Assembly: GCA_902514865.1 (NCBI GenBank)
Contig: CABXSI010000001.1
Location: 228 to 64,227, forward strand
Length of the DNA stretch: 64,000 nt
Direction of reading: 5' to 3'
Source of the DNA: an uncultured SAR116 cluster alpha proteobacterium
GTDB lineage: Bacteria; Pseudomonadota; Alphaproteobacteria; Puniceispirillales; Marisalimonadaceae
The notes under the pieces were generated by a model, which did no database searches, was not told the origin of the DNA, and saw only the letters and a program-made list of their open reading frames with translations. Positions 18,660 to 30,303 of the stretch are shown here, one piece after another (the first letter of the stretch is position 1; each line of letters starts with the position of its first letter). The position numbers were made by a program, and so were the translations under genes.

Positions 18660-20132
18660 TTATTTAAGTTTTTCCTTGAGTAATTTGTTGACTATACCTG
18701 GATTTGCTTTTCCTTGGGACAATTTCATAACCTGACCTACAAAGAACCCAAAAAGTTTGTCCTTACCACCCAAATAGTCTTTAACCTTATCTTCATTTTC
18801 TAACATAACTTTATCTATTAATTTTAAAATTTCAGTATCATCTGAAACTTGCTCAAGACCTTTGTCTTTTACAATATCTGATGGAGATTTTTTACTTATC
18901 ATCATTTCTGCAAATACATCTTTTGCTATTTTGCCGGAAATTGTGCCATCAGAAATTAAATCAATCAATTGACCAAGGTTCTCAGGCGAAATAGGACTGT
19001 TGGATAATGATATACTTTCTTTTTTTAATGCACCAAATAGCTCTGTAATCATCCAATTAGCAGTTAATTTTCCATCTTTACCATTTGCAGCTTTTTGGTA
19101 AAAATCAACATAATCTTTTTCTTCAACTAAAATTGAGGCATCATAAGGAGTAATACCAAAATCGGTGACTAATCTTTTTTTAAGTAAATCAGGAAGTTCA
19201 GGGAGTGTTTCTTTAATTTTTTGAACCCAACTGTCACTAAATTCAAGAGGCAAAAGGTCTGGGTCTGGAAAATATCTATAATCATGAGCATCTTCTTTAC
19301 TTCTCATTGATCTGGTTTCACCCGTAGAAGTGTCAAAAAGCCTTGTTTCTTGATTTATCTTACCACCTTCTTCTAGAATTTCTACTTGTCTTTCGGCTTC
19401 AGATTGAATTGCCTGAATAATAAATCTAACAGAGTTTAAATTTTTTATTTCACACCTTGTTCCAAACTCTTCACCCAATTTTCTTACTGAAACATTACAG
19501 TCAGCTCTTAGTGAACCTTCTTCCATATTTCCGTCACAGGCCCCAACATATCTTAATATAGATCTAATTTTTTTAACATAAGCACCTGCTTCTTGTGGTG
19601 ATCTAATATCAGGTTTAGATACAATTTCCATTAATGCAACACCTGTTCTATTTAAATCAATATAAGATTTACTAGGATGCTGATCGTGTAAAGATTTTCC
19701 TGCATCTTGTTCAAGATGCAAACGTTCTATCCCTATGGTAGTTTGTAAGCCGTCATCTAAATCAATTATAATTTCACCCTCTCCAACAATTGGTTTTGTA
19801 AACTGACTTATCTGATAACCTTGTGGTAAATCTGCATAAAAGTAATTTTTTCTATCAAAAATAGAAACGTTATTAATTTTTGCATTAAGCGCTAATCCAG
19901 TTTTTACAGCCTGCTCAACACAAAATTCATTAATAACAGGTAACATCCCCGGCATTGCCGCATCAACTAACGAAACATTTGAGTTTGCATCTGCTCCAAA
20001 AGAAGCAGATGCGCCAGAAAAAAGTTTGGATTTACTTGAAATTTGTGCATGAATTTCAAGACCAATAACCATTTCCCAAATACCTGTCTCTCCATTTATT
20101 TGACCAGGCTTTAAATTAATAGATTCATTCAT
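18660..20132 (-). CDS. gatB: Asp/Glu-tRNA amidotransferase subunit B
   Basis: [46 protein letters not shown]. Confidence 0.98.
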   Translation of the reverse strand: MNESINLKPGQINGETGIWEMVIGLEIHAQISSKSKLFSGASASFGADANSNVSLVDAAMPGMLPVINEFCVEQAVKTGLALNAKINNVSIFDRKNYFYADLPQGYQISQFTKPIVGEGEIIIDLDDGLQTTIGIERLHLEQDAGKSLHDQHPSKSYIDLNRTGVALMEIVSKPDIRSPQEAGAYVKKIRSILRYVGACDGNMEEGSLRADCNVSVRKLGEEFGTRCEIKNLNSVRFIIQAIQSEAERQVEILEEGGKINQETRLFDTSTGETRSMRSKEDAHDYRYFPDPDLLPLEFSDSWVQKIKETLPELPDLLKKRLVTDFGITPYDASILVEEKDYVDFYQKAANGKDGKLTANWMITELFGALKKESISLSNSPISPENLGQLIDLISDGTISGKIAKDVFAEMMISKKSPSDIVKDKGLEQVSDDTEILKLIDKVMLENEDKVKDYLGGKDKLFGFFVGQVMKLSQGKANPGIVNKLLKEKLK

Positions 20133-21592
20133 TTTGCAGCTCCATCGGCTATAAAATTAAATTCAGCACTTCTTTCTAAAACTCTAGCTGTACTTATTAA
20201 ACCCGATTCATCAAAGGAGTTTGCAATTAATTGTATGCCAATAGGCAAACCTGATTTGTCTAAACCTACCGGTAAGGATATACCAGGTAAACCAGCCAAG
20301 CTCGCTGGTACAGTAAAAATATCATTTAAGTACATAGTTAAAGGATCTTGTTTTTTACCTAATTCAAAAGCAGTTGTTGGTGTTGACGGAGTTAAAATAT
20401 AATCAACCTCTTCAAAAACATTGTCGAAATCTTCTTTTATTAACCTCCTAACTTTTTGAGCTTTTAGGTAATATGCATCATAGTATCCAGAGGATAGAAC
20501 ATATGTTCCAATCATAATTCTTCTTTTTACTTCTTCACCAAAACCATTTCCGCGTGTAATTTCGTACATCTCATCTAGGCTTGCAGCTTCATTTCTTTTT
20601 CCATACCTTACGCCATCATATCTAGCAAGATTACTAGAGGCTTCAGCAGGAGCTATTATATAATAAACAGGTAAAGCATACTTTGTATGCGGTAAAGAAA
20701 CTGGCACAATCTCTGCACCAGATACTTTTAACCAATTGATTGATTTTTGGTAGAACTTAACGATATCGTCTGAGATACCATCTTGTGTATATTCTTTAGG
20801 TATACCTATTTTCTTTCCTTTTACACCTTTATCTAAGTAATTCATTAAATCAGGCATTTCTAAATTAGCCGATGTTGAATCTTTTTTGTCGTGCCCAGCC
20901 ATAGAATTAAGCATAAGAGCAGCATCACTTACTGTCCTTGTCAGTGGTCCTGCTTGATCTAAAGAAGAAGAAAAAGCAACTATTCCCCATCTTGAGCATC
21001 GACCATAAGTTGGTTTCAAGCCAGTGATCCCACAAAATGCCGCTGGTTGCCGGATTGATCCACCTGTGTCTGTACCAGTAGCAGCAAGCGCTGACCTTGA
21101 AGCTACTGCTGAAGCTGATCCACCTGATGATCCCCCTGGCGACATTTTACTATTTTTTTGCCATGGGTTGACAACATTTCCTTTAGCAGCTGTTTCGTTA
21201 CTAGATCCCATTGCAAATTCATCGCAAGATAATTTACCTAACATAACTGCTCCATCATCCCAAAGATTTTGGGTAACAGTACTTTCATAAGGAGGACAAA
21301 AGTTATCAAGTATTTTTGAAGATGCGGTAGTTTTTATATATTTAGTACAAAACATATCTTTTACACCAATCGGAAGACCCTCTAGTGGCCTTGCAGTTCC
21401 ATTTTTAATATTTTTATCCGATGCTTTAGCCATATCCATAGAATGATCTTTTACGATTTCCAGATAAGCTCCTAAAGCTGATGTTTGTTCAATTGCTTCA
21501 AGGTAAGCATTAGTTAATTCTAATGAAGAAAATTCTTTATTCTTAAGAGCAATAGACGCACTTAGTAAATCAAATTTGAGTAAATCAGACAT
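20129..21592 (-). CDS. gatA: Asp/Glu-tRNA amidotransferase subunit A
   Basis: Amidase signature [29 protein letters not shown]. Confidence 0.98.
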   Translation of the reverse strand: MSDLLKFDLLSASIALKNKEFSSLELTNAYLEAIEQTSALGAYLEIVKDHSMDMAKASDKNIKNGTARPLEGLPIGVKDMFCTKYIKTTASSKILDNFCPPYESTVTQNLWDDGAVMLGKLSCDEFAMGSSNETAAKGNVVNPWQKNSKMSPGGSSGGSASAVASRSALAATGTDTGGSIRQPAAFCGITGLKPTYGRCSRWGIVAFSSSLDQAGPLTRTVSDAALMLNSMAGHDKKDSTSANLEMPDLMNYLDKGVKGKKIGIPKEYTQDGISDDIVKFYQKSINWLKVSGAEIVPVSLPHTKYALPVYYIIAPAEASSNLARYDGVRYGKRNEAASLDEMYEITRGNGFGEEVKRRIMIGTYVLSSGYYDAYYLKAQKVRRLIKEDFDNVFEEVDYILTPSTPTTAFELGKKQDPLTMYLNDIFTVPASLAGLPGISLPVGLDKSGLPIGIQLIANSFDESGLISTARVLERSAEFNFIADGAAK

Positions 21593-21894
21593 TATTCAAT
21601 AACCTTTGGAACCACAAAAAATCCACTAGAACTTTCAGGAGCATTTTTTAAAACTAAATCTTCAATGTTCCCGTCTGTTACTTTATCGCTTCTTAGAGGT
21701 AACTTATGTCCTGTTACTGAAGCTAAGGGTTCTACGTCTGATGTATTAACTTCGTCTAATTGTGCTACAAAACCAAGTATATTATTTAAATCATTAGTAA
21801 GATTTTGTTTACTAGCATCTGGAATATTTAAACGAGATAATCTAGCTATTTTGTTTACAGTAGGGATATCAACGATTGATTCTTTATTGGACAT
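21592..21894 (-). CDS. gatC: Asp/Glu-tRNA amidotransferase subunit C
   Basis: IARLSRL, LRSDKV, NAP....FFVVPKVIE; TAATG overlap with gatA. Confidence 0.95.
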   Translation of the reverse strand: MSNKESIVDIPTVNKIARLSRLNIPDASKQNLTNDLNNILGFVAQLDEVNTSDVEPLASVTGHKLPLRSDKVTDGNIEDLVLKNAPESSSGFFVVPKVIE

Positions 21895-21954
21895 TTTTGA
21901 TCCTTCATTTCACTGATAATTTTTAATTAATAAGGAAATCTGTTAGCATCAATT

Positions 21955-22422
21955 ATGCCTATCTTCAAGCTTGATGAATTTTTGTTAAATATTTTGCCAA
22001 AAAAAAGGCTTATAGGCATTGATCCAGGAACAAAAACACTTGGAATTGCAGTGAGTAACACTGATCTAACTGTTGCTTCACCAATTAAAACAATTAAGCG
22101 AAAAAAACTTGCATCTGACATAAACGAACTTTTGTCAATATTTAATCATTACGATATTGCAGGTTTAATTATGGGTTGGCCATTAAATATGGATGGAAGT
22201 CTAGGGTCAAGATGTGATTCTGTTCGTGATTTCACAAAAAGTATTTTGAGAGTTAAAGATTTACCAATTTTTTTTCAAGACGAAAGAATGTCTACTATGG
22301 CAATTGAAAGACCTATGATCATGGAAGATATGACTAGGAAGAAAAGAAGTGTTAGAACAGATCAACTTGCTGCATGTTGGATATTACAAACTGCACTAGA
22401 CGGATTACAAAAAAAGATGTAG
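21955..22422 (+). CDS. ruvX: YqgF/RuvX pre-16S rRNA nuclease
   Basis: IGIDPGTKTLGIAVS, GWPLNMDG, DERMST, D..AA..ILQ. Confidence 0.92.
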   Translation: MPIFKLDEFLLNILPKKRLIGIDPGTKTLGIAVSNTDLTVASPIKTIKRKKLASDINELLSIFNHYDIAGLIMGWPLNMDGSLGSRCDSVRDFTKSILRVKDLPIFFQDERMSTMAIERPMIMEDMTRKKRSVRTDQLAACWILQTALDGLQKKM

Positions 22423-22435
22423 TAAGATATTTTTA

Positions 22436-23419
22436 ATGAATAAATTAAAAAAAAATAAGAACGATAGTTTCTTCTCTTCTGCTGTAAAATTATCCTCAAA
22501 TCATCTATTAGCCATTGAAGGAATGGAAAAATCTGAAATCCAGAAATTGATTGAAAGAGCTGATTATTTTGCAAATTTAGATAGACATACTAATACAAAA
22601 GTACTTCAAGGTTACGTGGTACTTAATGTGTTTTTTGAGAATTCAACTCGTACAAGAGTCTCATTTGAACTTGCTGCGAGAAGACTTGGTGCAGAAGTTA
22701 TTAATATATCACTTATAAATTCATCTATTAAAAAAGGAGAAAGTTTGCTGGATACTGCAAGCACATTAAATGCTATGAGGCCAGATTTATTAATAGTCAG
22801 ACATCCTCATAGTGGTGCCCCACTATTATTTGCAGATTATTTAAATTGTAGCATTATAAATGCTGGTGATGGTAGACACGAACATCCTACACAAGCTTTG
22901 TTAGACGCTCTAACCATAAAAAGAAGAGTAGGTTATCTAGAGGGATTAAAAATTAGTATATGCGGAGATATAGCTAATAGTAGAGTAGCAAGATCAAATA
23001 TACATTTATTGACAACAATGGGAGCAGAAGTAAGATGTGTCGCTCCTTGCACATTAATGCCTTCAAATTTAGAAAATTTAGGTGTGAAGTGTTTTAGTAA
23101 CATGAAAATGGGTATCAGAGATGCTGATGTTGTCATGCTTTTACGTTTACAAAATGAAAGAATGACAGGAACTGAAAATCCCTCTGAGAGAGAATATTTT
23201 AAGTTTTTCGGCCTTGATGAAGCAAAACTTGCTCTAGCCAACTCGAATGCTGTTATTATGCACCCAGGTCCTATGAACCGAGGAGTGGAAATTGCATCTG
23301 CACTTGCTGATGATACAAATAGAAGTTTAATCAAGACTCAAGTTGAAATGGGCGTTGCAGTAAGAATGTCTATAATTGAAGCTTTAAATCATACAAAAAA
23401 TAAAATGATGAAAAATTAA
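22436..23419 (+). CDS. pyrB: Aspartate carbamoyltransferase catalytic subunit
   Basis: FFENSTRT, NAGDG.HEHPTQALLD, HPGPMNRG. Confidence 0.97.
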   Translation: MNKLKKNKNDSFFSSAVKLSSNHLLAIEGMEKSEIQKLIERADYFANLDRHTNTKVLQGYVVLNVFFENSTRTRVSFELAARRLGAEVINISLINSSIKKGESLLDTASTLNAMRPDLLIVRHPHSGAPLLFADYLNCSIINAGDGRHEHPTQALLDALTIKRRVGYLEGLKISICGDIANSRVARSNIHLLTTMGAEVRCVAPCTLMPSNLENLGVKCFSNMKMGIRDADVVMLLRLQNERMTGTENPSEREYFKFFGLDEAKLALANSNAVIMHPGPMNRGVEIASALADDTNRSLIKTQVEMGVAVRMSIIEALNHTKNKMMKN

Positions 23420-23421
23420 AA

Positions 23422-24747
23422 ATGACCTTTACAGTTTTAAAATCAATCAAAGTTTTAAATCCTAAAACATCATTTAATGAAATCTCAGATGTTGTCGTTT
23501 GTAGTGACAAAATTTTTTCAATTTGTAAGGATTTTAAAACTGAAGTTTCACAACAAGATAAACAAATTAATATCTATAATTGTAATGGTTTGACTATGTC
23601 GCCTGGACTAATAGACATGCGAGTTAATATTGGAAAAACTGAAAATTTGACGGCCACTCAAAAAATTGCCGCTGAAAATGGTATTACTTCGATGGTAATC
23701 CTTCCAAATCAAACTCCTAAATTAAATAATCCGTCAATAATAGATCACATTAAAAGACAGTCTGAAAATCCTAACCTTACTAAAGTAAATATCTATGGTG
23801 CTGCCACTAAAGACGATCAAGGTCTAGAAATGAGTGAAATAGGTCTTATGTCAGAAATGGGGTCCATTGGTTTTACAAATGGAAATAAAAGTATAAAAAA
23901 TAGTTTAGTTATGAGACGTCTAATGAGTTATGCAGCGATGATTAATCGTCCAATTATTCAACATGCAGAAGATGAGGATTTATCTGGCTTAAACAAAGCA
24001 TCAACTACATTAATTAACGGTGAAATGAATGAAGGTGAAGTTTCCACTCGTCTAGGATTAATTGGTATACCTTCTTGTGCAGAAGTTATTATAGTTGAGA
24101 GAGATATAAGATTAGCTAAATTAACAGGAGCTAGTTATCATGTTGCTCATATATCAACACGCGATTCAATCAATGTAATCAGAGAAGCGAAGAAAATAGG
24201 TCTTAAAGTTACATGTGACACTGCTCCACCTTATTTTGCTTTAAATGAAACTTCTTTATTAAGTTACAACACAGCGTTTAAATTGTCTCCTCCACTAAGA
24301 AATGAAGATGACAGATTAGCTGTAATTGAAGGTATTCAAGATGGAACAATTGATGCCATTGCTTCCGATCATAGAGCTCGATCAAAAGATACAAAAGCAC
24401 AACCTTTTTCAGCTGCGTCTGTTGGAGCATCTGGTATAGAAACTTTATTTTTGATGACACTAGAATTAGTACATAAAAAAATTATAGACTTAAATAAGGC
24501 AATTTCTTTATTAACTATTAATCCAGCAAATGTACTTAATATGAAAAAACCAAGTTTAGAAAAAGATGAACTTGCTGATTTTATAATTTTTGATGAGAAC
24601 TATCCTAATGTAATAAATCAAAATAATTTAAAAACTAGCCCCACACCTTTTGATCAAAGAAAAATAAAAGGAAAGATACTAGGCACCTACATAAATGGTC
24701 AAGCAACATATATAAACCAAATACTTAAAGATAAAATAATAAAATGA
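23422..24747 (+). CDS. pyrC: Dihydroorotase-like protein, probably the inactive PyrC' partner of ATCase
   Basis: Amidohydrolase fold (QHAED, HVAHIS, PPLR, IASDH), but the HxH Zn motif is replaced by DMRVN. Confidence 0.85.
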   Translation: MTFTVLKSIKVLNPKTSFNEISDVVVCSDKIFSICKDFKTEVSQQDKQINIYNCNGLTMSPGLIDMRVNIGKTENLTATQKIAAENGITSMVILPNQTPKLNNPSIIDHIKRQSENPNLTKVNIYGAATKDDQGLEMSEIGLMSEMGSIGFTNGNKSIKNSLVMRRLMSYAAMINRPIIQHAEDEDLSGLNKASTTLINGEMNEGEVSTRLGLIGIPSCAEVIIVERDIRLAKLTGASYHVAHISTRDSINVIREAKKIGLKVTCDTAPPYFALNETSLLSYNTAFKLSPPLRNEDDRLAVIEGIQDGTIDAIASDHRARSKDTKAQPFSAASVGASGIETLFLMTLELVHKKIIDLNKAISLLTINPANVLNMKKPSLEKDELADFIIFDENYPNVINQNNLKTSPTPFDQRKIKGKILGTYINGQATYINQILKDKIIK

Positions 24748-25373
24748 CTTTTGATTACAGTCATTTACTTTTATTAACTGTTTTTTCCATGTTTGGATAT
24801 TTTATGGGATCTATACCATTTGGTCTATTACTTACTAAAATATCTGGTTTAGGTGATATAAGAAACATTGGCAGTGGAAATATTGGTGCCACAAATGTTT
24901 TAAGAACTGGAAACAAAAAAATAGCATTATTGACTTTAATTCTAGACGGTACAAAAGGCGCGCTTGCTATATATGTTGTAAATATTTCTTCAAGTTTCAT
25001 TGAATTTAATTTCACTAACAATATTTATTTTTTTCAATCTTTAGTTGGTGTATCTGCTGTAATTGGACATTGTTTCCCAATATGGTTAAATTTTAAAGGT
25101 GGTAAAGGTGTTGCAACTGGTTTCGGTACTATAATTTTTCTTAATATATCTGTTGGAGTTATAGCGCTTTTGATATGGATTACGATTGCAAAGTTATTTA
25201 AAATAAGCTCTTTGTCAGCATTAATTTCATATTTTTTTATTCCAATTTTAATGTTTTTCTTCACTTCTGAAAATTCATTTTTTGTGGCTTCTATCTTTAT
25301 TTCATTAATTTGTTTTTTACAACACAGAGGAAATATAAAGAGATTACTAAATCGATCAGAAGCAAAAATATGA
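24744..25373 (+). CDS. plsY: Glycerol-3-phosphate acyltransferase
   Basis: GSIPFG, GSGNIGATNVLR, GHCFP.W..FKGGKGVAT, H..NIKRL. Confidence 0.96.
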   Translation: MTFDYSHLLLLTVFSMFGYFMGSIPFGLLLTKISGLGDIRNIGSGNIGATNVLRTGNKKIALLTLILDGTKGALAIYVVNISSSFIEFNFTNNIYFFQSLVGVSAVIGHCFPIWLNFKGGKGVATGFGTIIFLNISVGVIALLIWITIAKLFKISSLSALISYFFIPILMFFFTSENSFFVASIFISLICFLQHRGNIKRLLNRSEAKI

Positions 25374-25463
25374 AAACATAATTATTGTTATTTAGTAAAA
25401 GTAATGTTATCTGCACTTAAATAATACAATTTAAATTTTTAATATATTCAAGGCTAAACACAA

Positions 25464-27977
25464 ATGAAGTTAGTAATAGTTGAATCTCCAGCAAAAGCTC
25501 AAACTATTAATAAATACCTAGGAAGTGATTATAGAGTAATTGCATCTGTTGGCCACATAAGAGATTTACCATCTAAGGATGGAGCAGTTCTTCCTGAGGA
25601 CAATTTTAAAATGTCATGGGAAATGCATAAAGATAAAGAGAAAGTTGTTAAAGAGATTATTGGAGAGTTAAAATTAGCTGATAGTCTTATTTTAGCTACA
25701 GATCCCGATAGAGAGGGAGAAGCTATTAGCTGGCATTTAAAAGAAATTTTAAATTCAAAAAAAACTATTACGGATAAACCAGTTGAGAGAGTTGTTTTTA
25801 ATGAAATAACAAAAAATGCTGTTTTAGACGCAATGAAAAAGCCAAGAAAAATTAATTCAGAGTTGGTTGAGGCCTATTTAGCAAGGAGAGCTTTAGATCA
25901 CTTGATTGGCTTTTCAATTTCTCCAATATTATGGAGAAAGCTTCCAGGTTCAAAGTCTGCAGGCCGAGTTCAATCCGTGGCATTGAAGCTTATCTGTGAA
26001 AGAGAAATTGAAATTGAAAAGTTTAATATTGAAGAATATTGGACAATATCTTCAGTTTTCTCAAACAATAATAATGAAAATTTCCAAGCAAGGCTGTTTG
26101 TATTTGATAGTAAAAAATTAGCTAAGATGGATATTAAAAATGAAAATATAGCTAATAATGCTTTAGACAAAATTAGAAAATCTTCGTTTAATATAACTAA
26201 AATTGATAGCAAGCGAACTAAAAGGAATCCTTTGGCACCTTTCACCACCTCAACACTTCAACAAGAAGCTTCAAACAAATTAGGTTTTGGTGCATCAAGA
26301 ACAATGAGAATAGCTCAAAAATTATATGAGGGTATAAACATTGGCAGTGAAACAACTGGTTTAATAACTTATATGAGAACAGATGGTGTCCAATTAAGTT
26401 CTCAAGCCATTAATGAATTAAGAGATGAAATTATAAAACGTCATGGTAACGATTATATTCCTCAAATACCAAGACTGTATAAATCTAAAGTTGCTAATGC
26501 ACAAGAAGCCCATGAAGCAATTAGACCAACGTCAATTTCACGTGATCCAGAGGATATGTCGCAATATTTAGATACAGAACAATTAAAACTTTATGAATTG
26601 ATTTGGAAAAGAACAATTTCAAGTCAAATGCAGTCAGCTGAGCTAGATGAAACTTCGGCTGACATTTCAAATAAAGACATGAGTATTGTTTTTCGAGCAA
26701 ATGGATCACAAGTATCCTTTCCAGGATTTTTTGTTTACAGAGATAGAGAAGATGACAAAATATTACCAAAATTAGTAAAAAATGATAATGTTGATCTTAA
26801 AAAAGCCGACGGAGAACAACATTTTACACAACCTCCTCCTAGATTTACAGATGCAAGCCTCATAAAAAGAATGGAAGAGTTAGGTATTGGAAGACCTTCT
26901 ACATATGCATCTATACTACAAGTTCTAATAAATAGAAATTATGTTGAAAAAGAAAAAGGTAGACATATTCCTCAAGAACGAGGAAGAATTCTCATAGCCT
27001 TTTTAAATAATTTCTTTGGGAAATATATAGAATATGACTTTACCGCTGAATTGGAAAAAAAGTTAGATAAAGTATCAGATGGAAAATTAAATTACAAAAA
27101 ATTATTAGAAGAGTTTTGGGACGGATTTAAACCACATTTAAATAAAATGTCAGACTTAGAAAGAGATAAAATTCTTGAGGCTCTTGAAAACGAGCTATCT
27201 GACTTTTTTTTCCCTAACGAAGATTTAAATCACGATGGCCAACCAAACAAAAAATGCCCTACTTGCTCTAATGGAAAATTGGGCTTAGAGCTTGGGAAAT
27301 ACGGTGCTTTCATTGGATGTTCAAATTATCCTGAATGTAAATTTACAAAACAAATTGCAAGTAATCAAAACAAACAAGAAAATGATACCAACAATACGTT
27401 TATGCCAGAAAATGACGGCATATTAGGTATTGACCCTGAAAGTGGTCTAAATGTCATAATCAAAAAAGGTCCCTATGGCATTTATCTTCAGTTAGGTGAA
27501 GAGAAAAAACCCAAAAGAACTAGCATTCCGAAATTGGTAGACGCCCAGGGAATTGATCTTCAAAAAGCTCTTGCATTTCTTTCTTTACCTAGACTAATAG
27601 GTAAACACCCAGAAACAGGACAAGATATATTTGCAGGAATTGGAAGATATGGCCCCTATTTAAAATATGATATCAATTTTATAAGCATACCTGCTGATGA
27701 AACTGTAATAAATATTGGTTTAAATCATGCTGTGGTTTTGATAGGTGAAAACAGCGACAAGCTAGGCAAAGTTTTAGGTGACCATCCTGATGGTAACGGT
27801 AAAGTACTAGCAAAATCAGGAAGATTTGGACCATATGTTGAATACAATAAAATTAGGGCTACTTTGCCAAAATCTATATCTCTCGAAGCGATTGACCTCG
27901 AACAAGCGATAGAATTAATAGTTGCAAAAGTAGCAAAACCTCCTAGAACAAAAAAGAAGCTCGCTAAGAAAAAATAA
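25464..27977 (+). CDS. topA: DNA topoisomerase I
   Basis: IVESPAKA, DPDREGE, SAGRVQS, LITYMRTD, one Zn ribbon and C-terminal GRYGPY repeats. Confidence 0.98.
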   Translation: MKLVIVESPAKAQTINKYLGSDYRVIASVGHIRDLPSKDGAVLPEDNFKMSWEMHKDKEKVVKEIIGELKLADSLILATDPDREGEAISWHLKEILNSKKTITDKPVERVVFNEITKNAVLDAMKKPRKINSELVEAYLARRALDHLIGFSISPILWRKLPGSKSAGRVQSVALKLICEREIEIEKFNIEEYWTISSVFSNNNNENFQARLFVFDSKKLAKMDIKNENIANNALDKIRKSSFNITKIDSKRTKRNPLAPFTTSTLQQEASNKLGFGASRTMRIAQKLYEGINIGSETTGLITYMRTDGVQLSSQAINELRDEIIKRHGNDYIPQIPRLYKSKVANAQEAHEAIRPTSISRDPEDMSQYLDTEQLKLYELIWKRTISSQMQSAELDETSADISNKDMSIVFRANGSQVSFPGFFVYRDREDDKILPKLVKNDNVDLKKADGEQHFTQPPPRFTDASLIKRMEELGIGRPSTYASILQVLINRNYVEKEKGRHIPQERGRILIAFLNNFFGKYIEYDFTAELEKKLDKVSDGKLNYKKLLEEFWDGFKPHLNKMSDLERDKILEALENELSDFFFPNEDLNHDGQPNKKCPTCSNGKLGLELGKYGAFIGCSNYPECKFTKQIASNQNKQENDTNNTFMPENDGILGIDPESGLNVIIKKGPYGIYLQLGEEKKPKRTSIPKLVDAQGIDLQKALAFLSLPRLIGKHPETGQDIFAGIGRYGPYLKYDINFISIPADETVINIGLNHAVVLIGENSDKLGKVLGDHPDGNGKVLAKSGRFGPYVEYNKIRATLPKSISLEAIDLEQAIELIVAKVAKPPRTKKKLAKKK

Positions 27978-28029
27978 TTTTAAATTTTGATAAACTTTTT
28001 ATAAATGACAATAAAGATAATTTAATAGC

Positions 28030-30036
28030 TTGGAATTAACTAACAAAGAAATTTTATCATTAAAAGTAATAACATTGGATAATGATGGCTATGCAGTCGG
28101 CAAAATATCAGAAATCAATCACCCATTAAATGAAATAGAAATTTCTTTTAATAAAAACAATATTAGCTTCAGCATTGGTGATCATCTACTTGTAGAATTA
28201 GAGTCAAAAAATAAAAAATATAAAATAATCAAAGTAATAAAAAAAATTGAAGTTGATAGAAAATATTTTTTTGCAAAAGTTAAATTAAGTTCTAAAAATA
28301 AATTTATTCTTCAAGTTTTAGAAAGAGGAGTTCAAAGTAAAGAAGTTATTCAAGCAATAATACCTAAAGATGTTTTAATCAAAAAAGGAGATATAGTTAA
28401 AGCTCAGATTGCTTCGGAACAAACACTAAGAAAAATAAAAATAAAAAAAATTAAAATCAACAAAAGACACAAATTTAGGTCTGGAATTGAAAAAACTTAT
28501 GCTGAAATTTTAGAAGTTATTGGCTCATCTTCAGATCCTAGAATTTTTTCTTATCTTGCTATAAAAGAACATGACTTAAAGAATGATTTTGATATTAATA
28601 TACAACATGAAATTGATAAACTTGATTTCATTGACACAAATTCACGGACGGACTTAAGAACAGTTTCTTTTGTTACAATAGACGGAGAGGATGCAAAAGA
28701 CTTTGATGATGCTGTTTATGCGGAACAATTAAGTCAAAAAGAAGGATGGCGTATACTAGTATCTATTGCTGACGTGTCACATTTTGTTAGAGAAAACTCT
28801 TATATAGACAAAGAAGCAAGACTTAGAGGAAATTCGGTCTATCTCCCCAACTATGTAATTCCAATGCTCCCTGAAGAGTTATCAAACAACCTATGCTCTC
28901 TTAAACCTAATCTTGATCGAGCATGCGTGACAGTTGAAATTATCCTTGATAGGAATGGATTTAAAAAGTCTCATTGTTTTTTCAGATCGATAATTAATTC
29001 AAAAAAACGCCTAACCTATAATGAAGTTGAAAACACTATCAACAATAAATTTGCAGATCAAAATATTGAACCAAATATTTTAAAAGTAATTAAGTCTCTT
29101 CACAATGTTTATAAAATTTTGGAAAATATTAGAGAAAAAAGAGGTGCTTTAAATTTAGAATTACCTGAAAAGAAAATTTTATTTTATGAGGATGGTTGGC
29201 CTAAAGATATCAAAAATGTTTATGGGGTCACAAGTAATAAAATCATTGAAGAATTAATGATTTTAGCAAACGTAGCTGCTGCTGAAGAAATAAATAATGT
29301 AACAAATCATTCAATTTACCGATCTCACGAACCTCCAAGCCAAGAAAAATATAAATCATTGATTGATTTAATAGGGAAACCTTTATCAAAAATCTTAATT
29401 GGTAAAGTGCCTCATCCTTTATTGATGAATAGAATTTTAGCCGAAAGTAAAGGTTCTCCTGAATATGAGTCTGTTAATCAATCAATCTTACGAAGTCAAT
29501 CTCAAGCAAAATACGAGAATAAAAACAAATCACATTTTGGTTTAGCTCTAAAAAACTATGTTCATTTTACCTCTCCTATAAGAAGGTATGCTGATTTATT
29601 AGTCCATAGACAAATTATTGCAATAATTAATAATACGTTAATCCAAAAAGATGAAAATAATGACCTTAAATCAATATGTGATCATATTTCAAATACCGAA
29701 AGGAAATCAATCGTTGCCGAGAGGAAAACTGTTGATAGATATATCTCATTATTATACCAAAAAAAGATAAATGAAATTGTCGATTGCTCAATAATATCAA
29801 TACATAAATTTGGTGTTTTTGTGTCAATAGATAGTGGGATTGCTGATGCATTACTTCCTATAAGAGAGCTTCCCAATGACTGGTATGATTTTGACCAAAT
29901 AAAACAAACATTAATTGGAGAACGTAGTGGCAATAAATTTAATGTTGGAATGAAATTGAAGGTAAAGATTATAGAAGTTATTCCTCTAACAGGAAGCATT
30001 ACTGTTAAATGGATAAGTAATAAGATGGGAAAATAA
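28030..30036 (+). CDS. rnr: Ribonuclease R (RNB family)
   Basis: TIDGEDAKDFDDA, IADVSHFV, HFTSPIRRYADL, C-terminal S1 domain; start codon uncertain (TTG). Confidence 0.92.
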   Translation: MELTNKEILSLKVITLDNDGYAVGKISEINHPLNEIEISFNKNNISFSIGDHLLVELESKNKKYKIIKVIKKIEVDRKYFFAKVKLSSKNKFILQVLERGVQSKEVIQAIIPKDVLIKKGDIVKAQIASEQTLRKIKIKKIKINKRHKFRSGIEKTYAEILEVIGSSSDPRIFSYLAIKEHDLKNDFDINIQHEIDKLDFIDTNSRTDLRTVSFVTIDGEDAKDFDDAVYAEQLSQKEGWRILVSIADVSHFVRENSYIDKEARLRGNSVYLPNYVIPMLPEELSNNLCSLKPNLDRACVTVEIILDRNGFKKSHCFFRSIINSKKRLTYNEVENTINNKFADQNIEPNILKVIKSLHNVYKILENIREKRGALNLELPEKKILFYEDGWPKDIKNVYGVTSNKIIEELMILANVAAAEEINNVTNHSIYRSHEPPSQEKYKSLIDLIGKPLSKILIGKVPHPLLMNRILAESKGSPEYESVNQSILRSQSQAKYENKNKSHFGLALKNYVHFTSPIRRYADLLVHRQIIAIINNTLIQKDENNDLKSICDHISNTERKSIVAERKTVDRYISLLYQKKINEIVDCSIISIHKFGVFVSIDSGIADALLPIRELPNDWYDFDQIKQTLIGERSGNKFNVGMKLKVKIIEVIPLTGSITVKWISNKMGK

Positions 30037-30077
30037 AAGAAAGATAAGAAATCAAATCAAAAATAAAATTCCTTACC

Positions 30078-30105
30078 TTGACTTTATAAAAAAAAAAGCT
30101 AAGTT
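30078..30105 (+). promoter_or_regulatory. Candidate sigma70 promoter for rpmG
   Basis: TTGACT-16 bp-TAAGTT, followed by the SD AAGAGGAG. Confidence 0.5.
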
Positions 30106-30128
30106 ACACTTGTTAAGAGGAGTTAATA

Positions 30129-30296
30129 GTGGCTAAACCAGCAACTTTACAGATAAAATTACTGAGTTCTGCGGATACAGGTTTTTTTTACGTTACTAAA
30201 AAAAACCCTAGAACTAAACCAGAAAAATTAGAACTTATGAAATATGATCCTAAAGTGCGCAAGCATGTACTGTTTAAAGAAGCTAAAATCAAGTAA
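30129..30296 (+). CDS. rpmG: 50S ribosomal protein L33 (not in the ORF track)
   Basis: Manual translation from GTG: [55 protein letters not shown]; SD GAGGAG. Confidence 0.97.
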   Translation: MAKPATLQIKLLSSADTGFFYVTKKNPRTKPEKLELMKYDPKVRKHVLFKEAKIK

Positions 30297-30303
30297 AGAC
30301 ATA

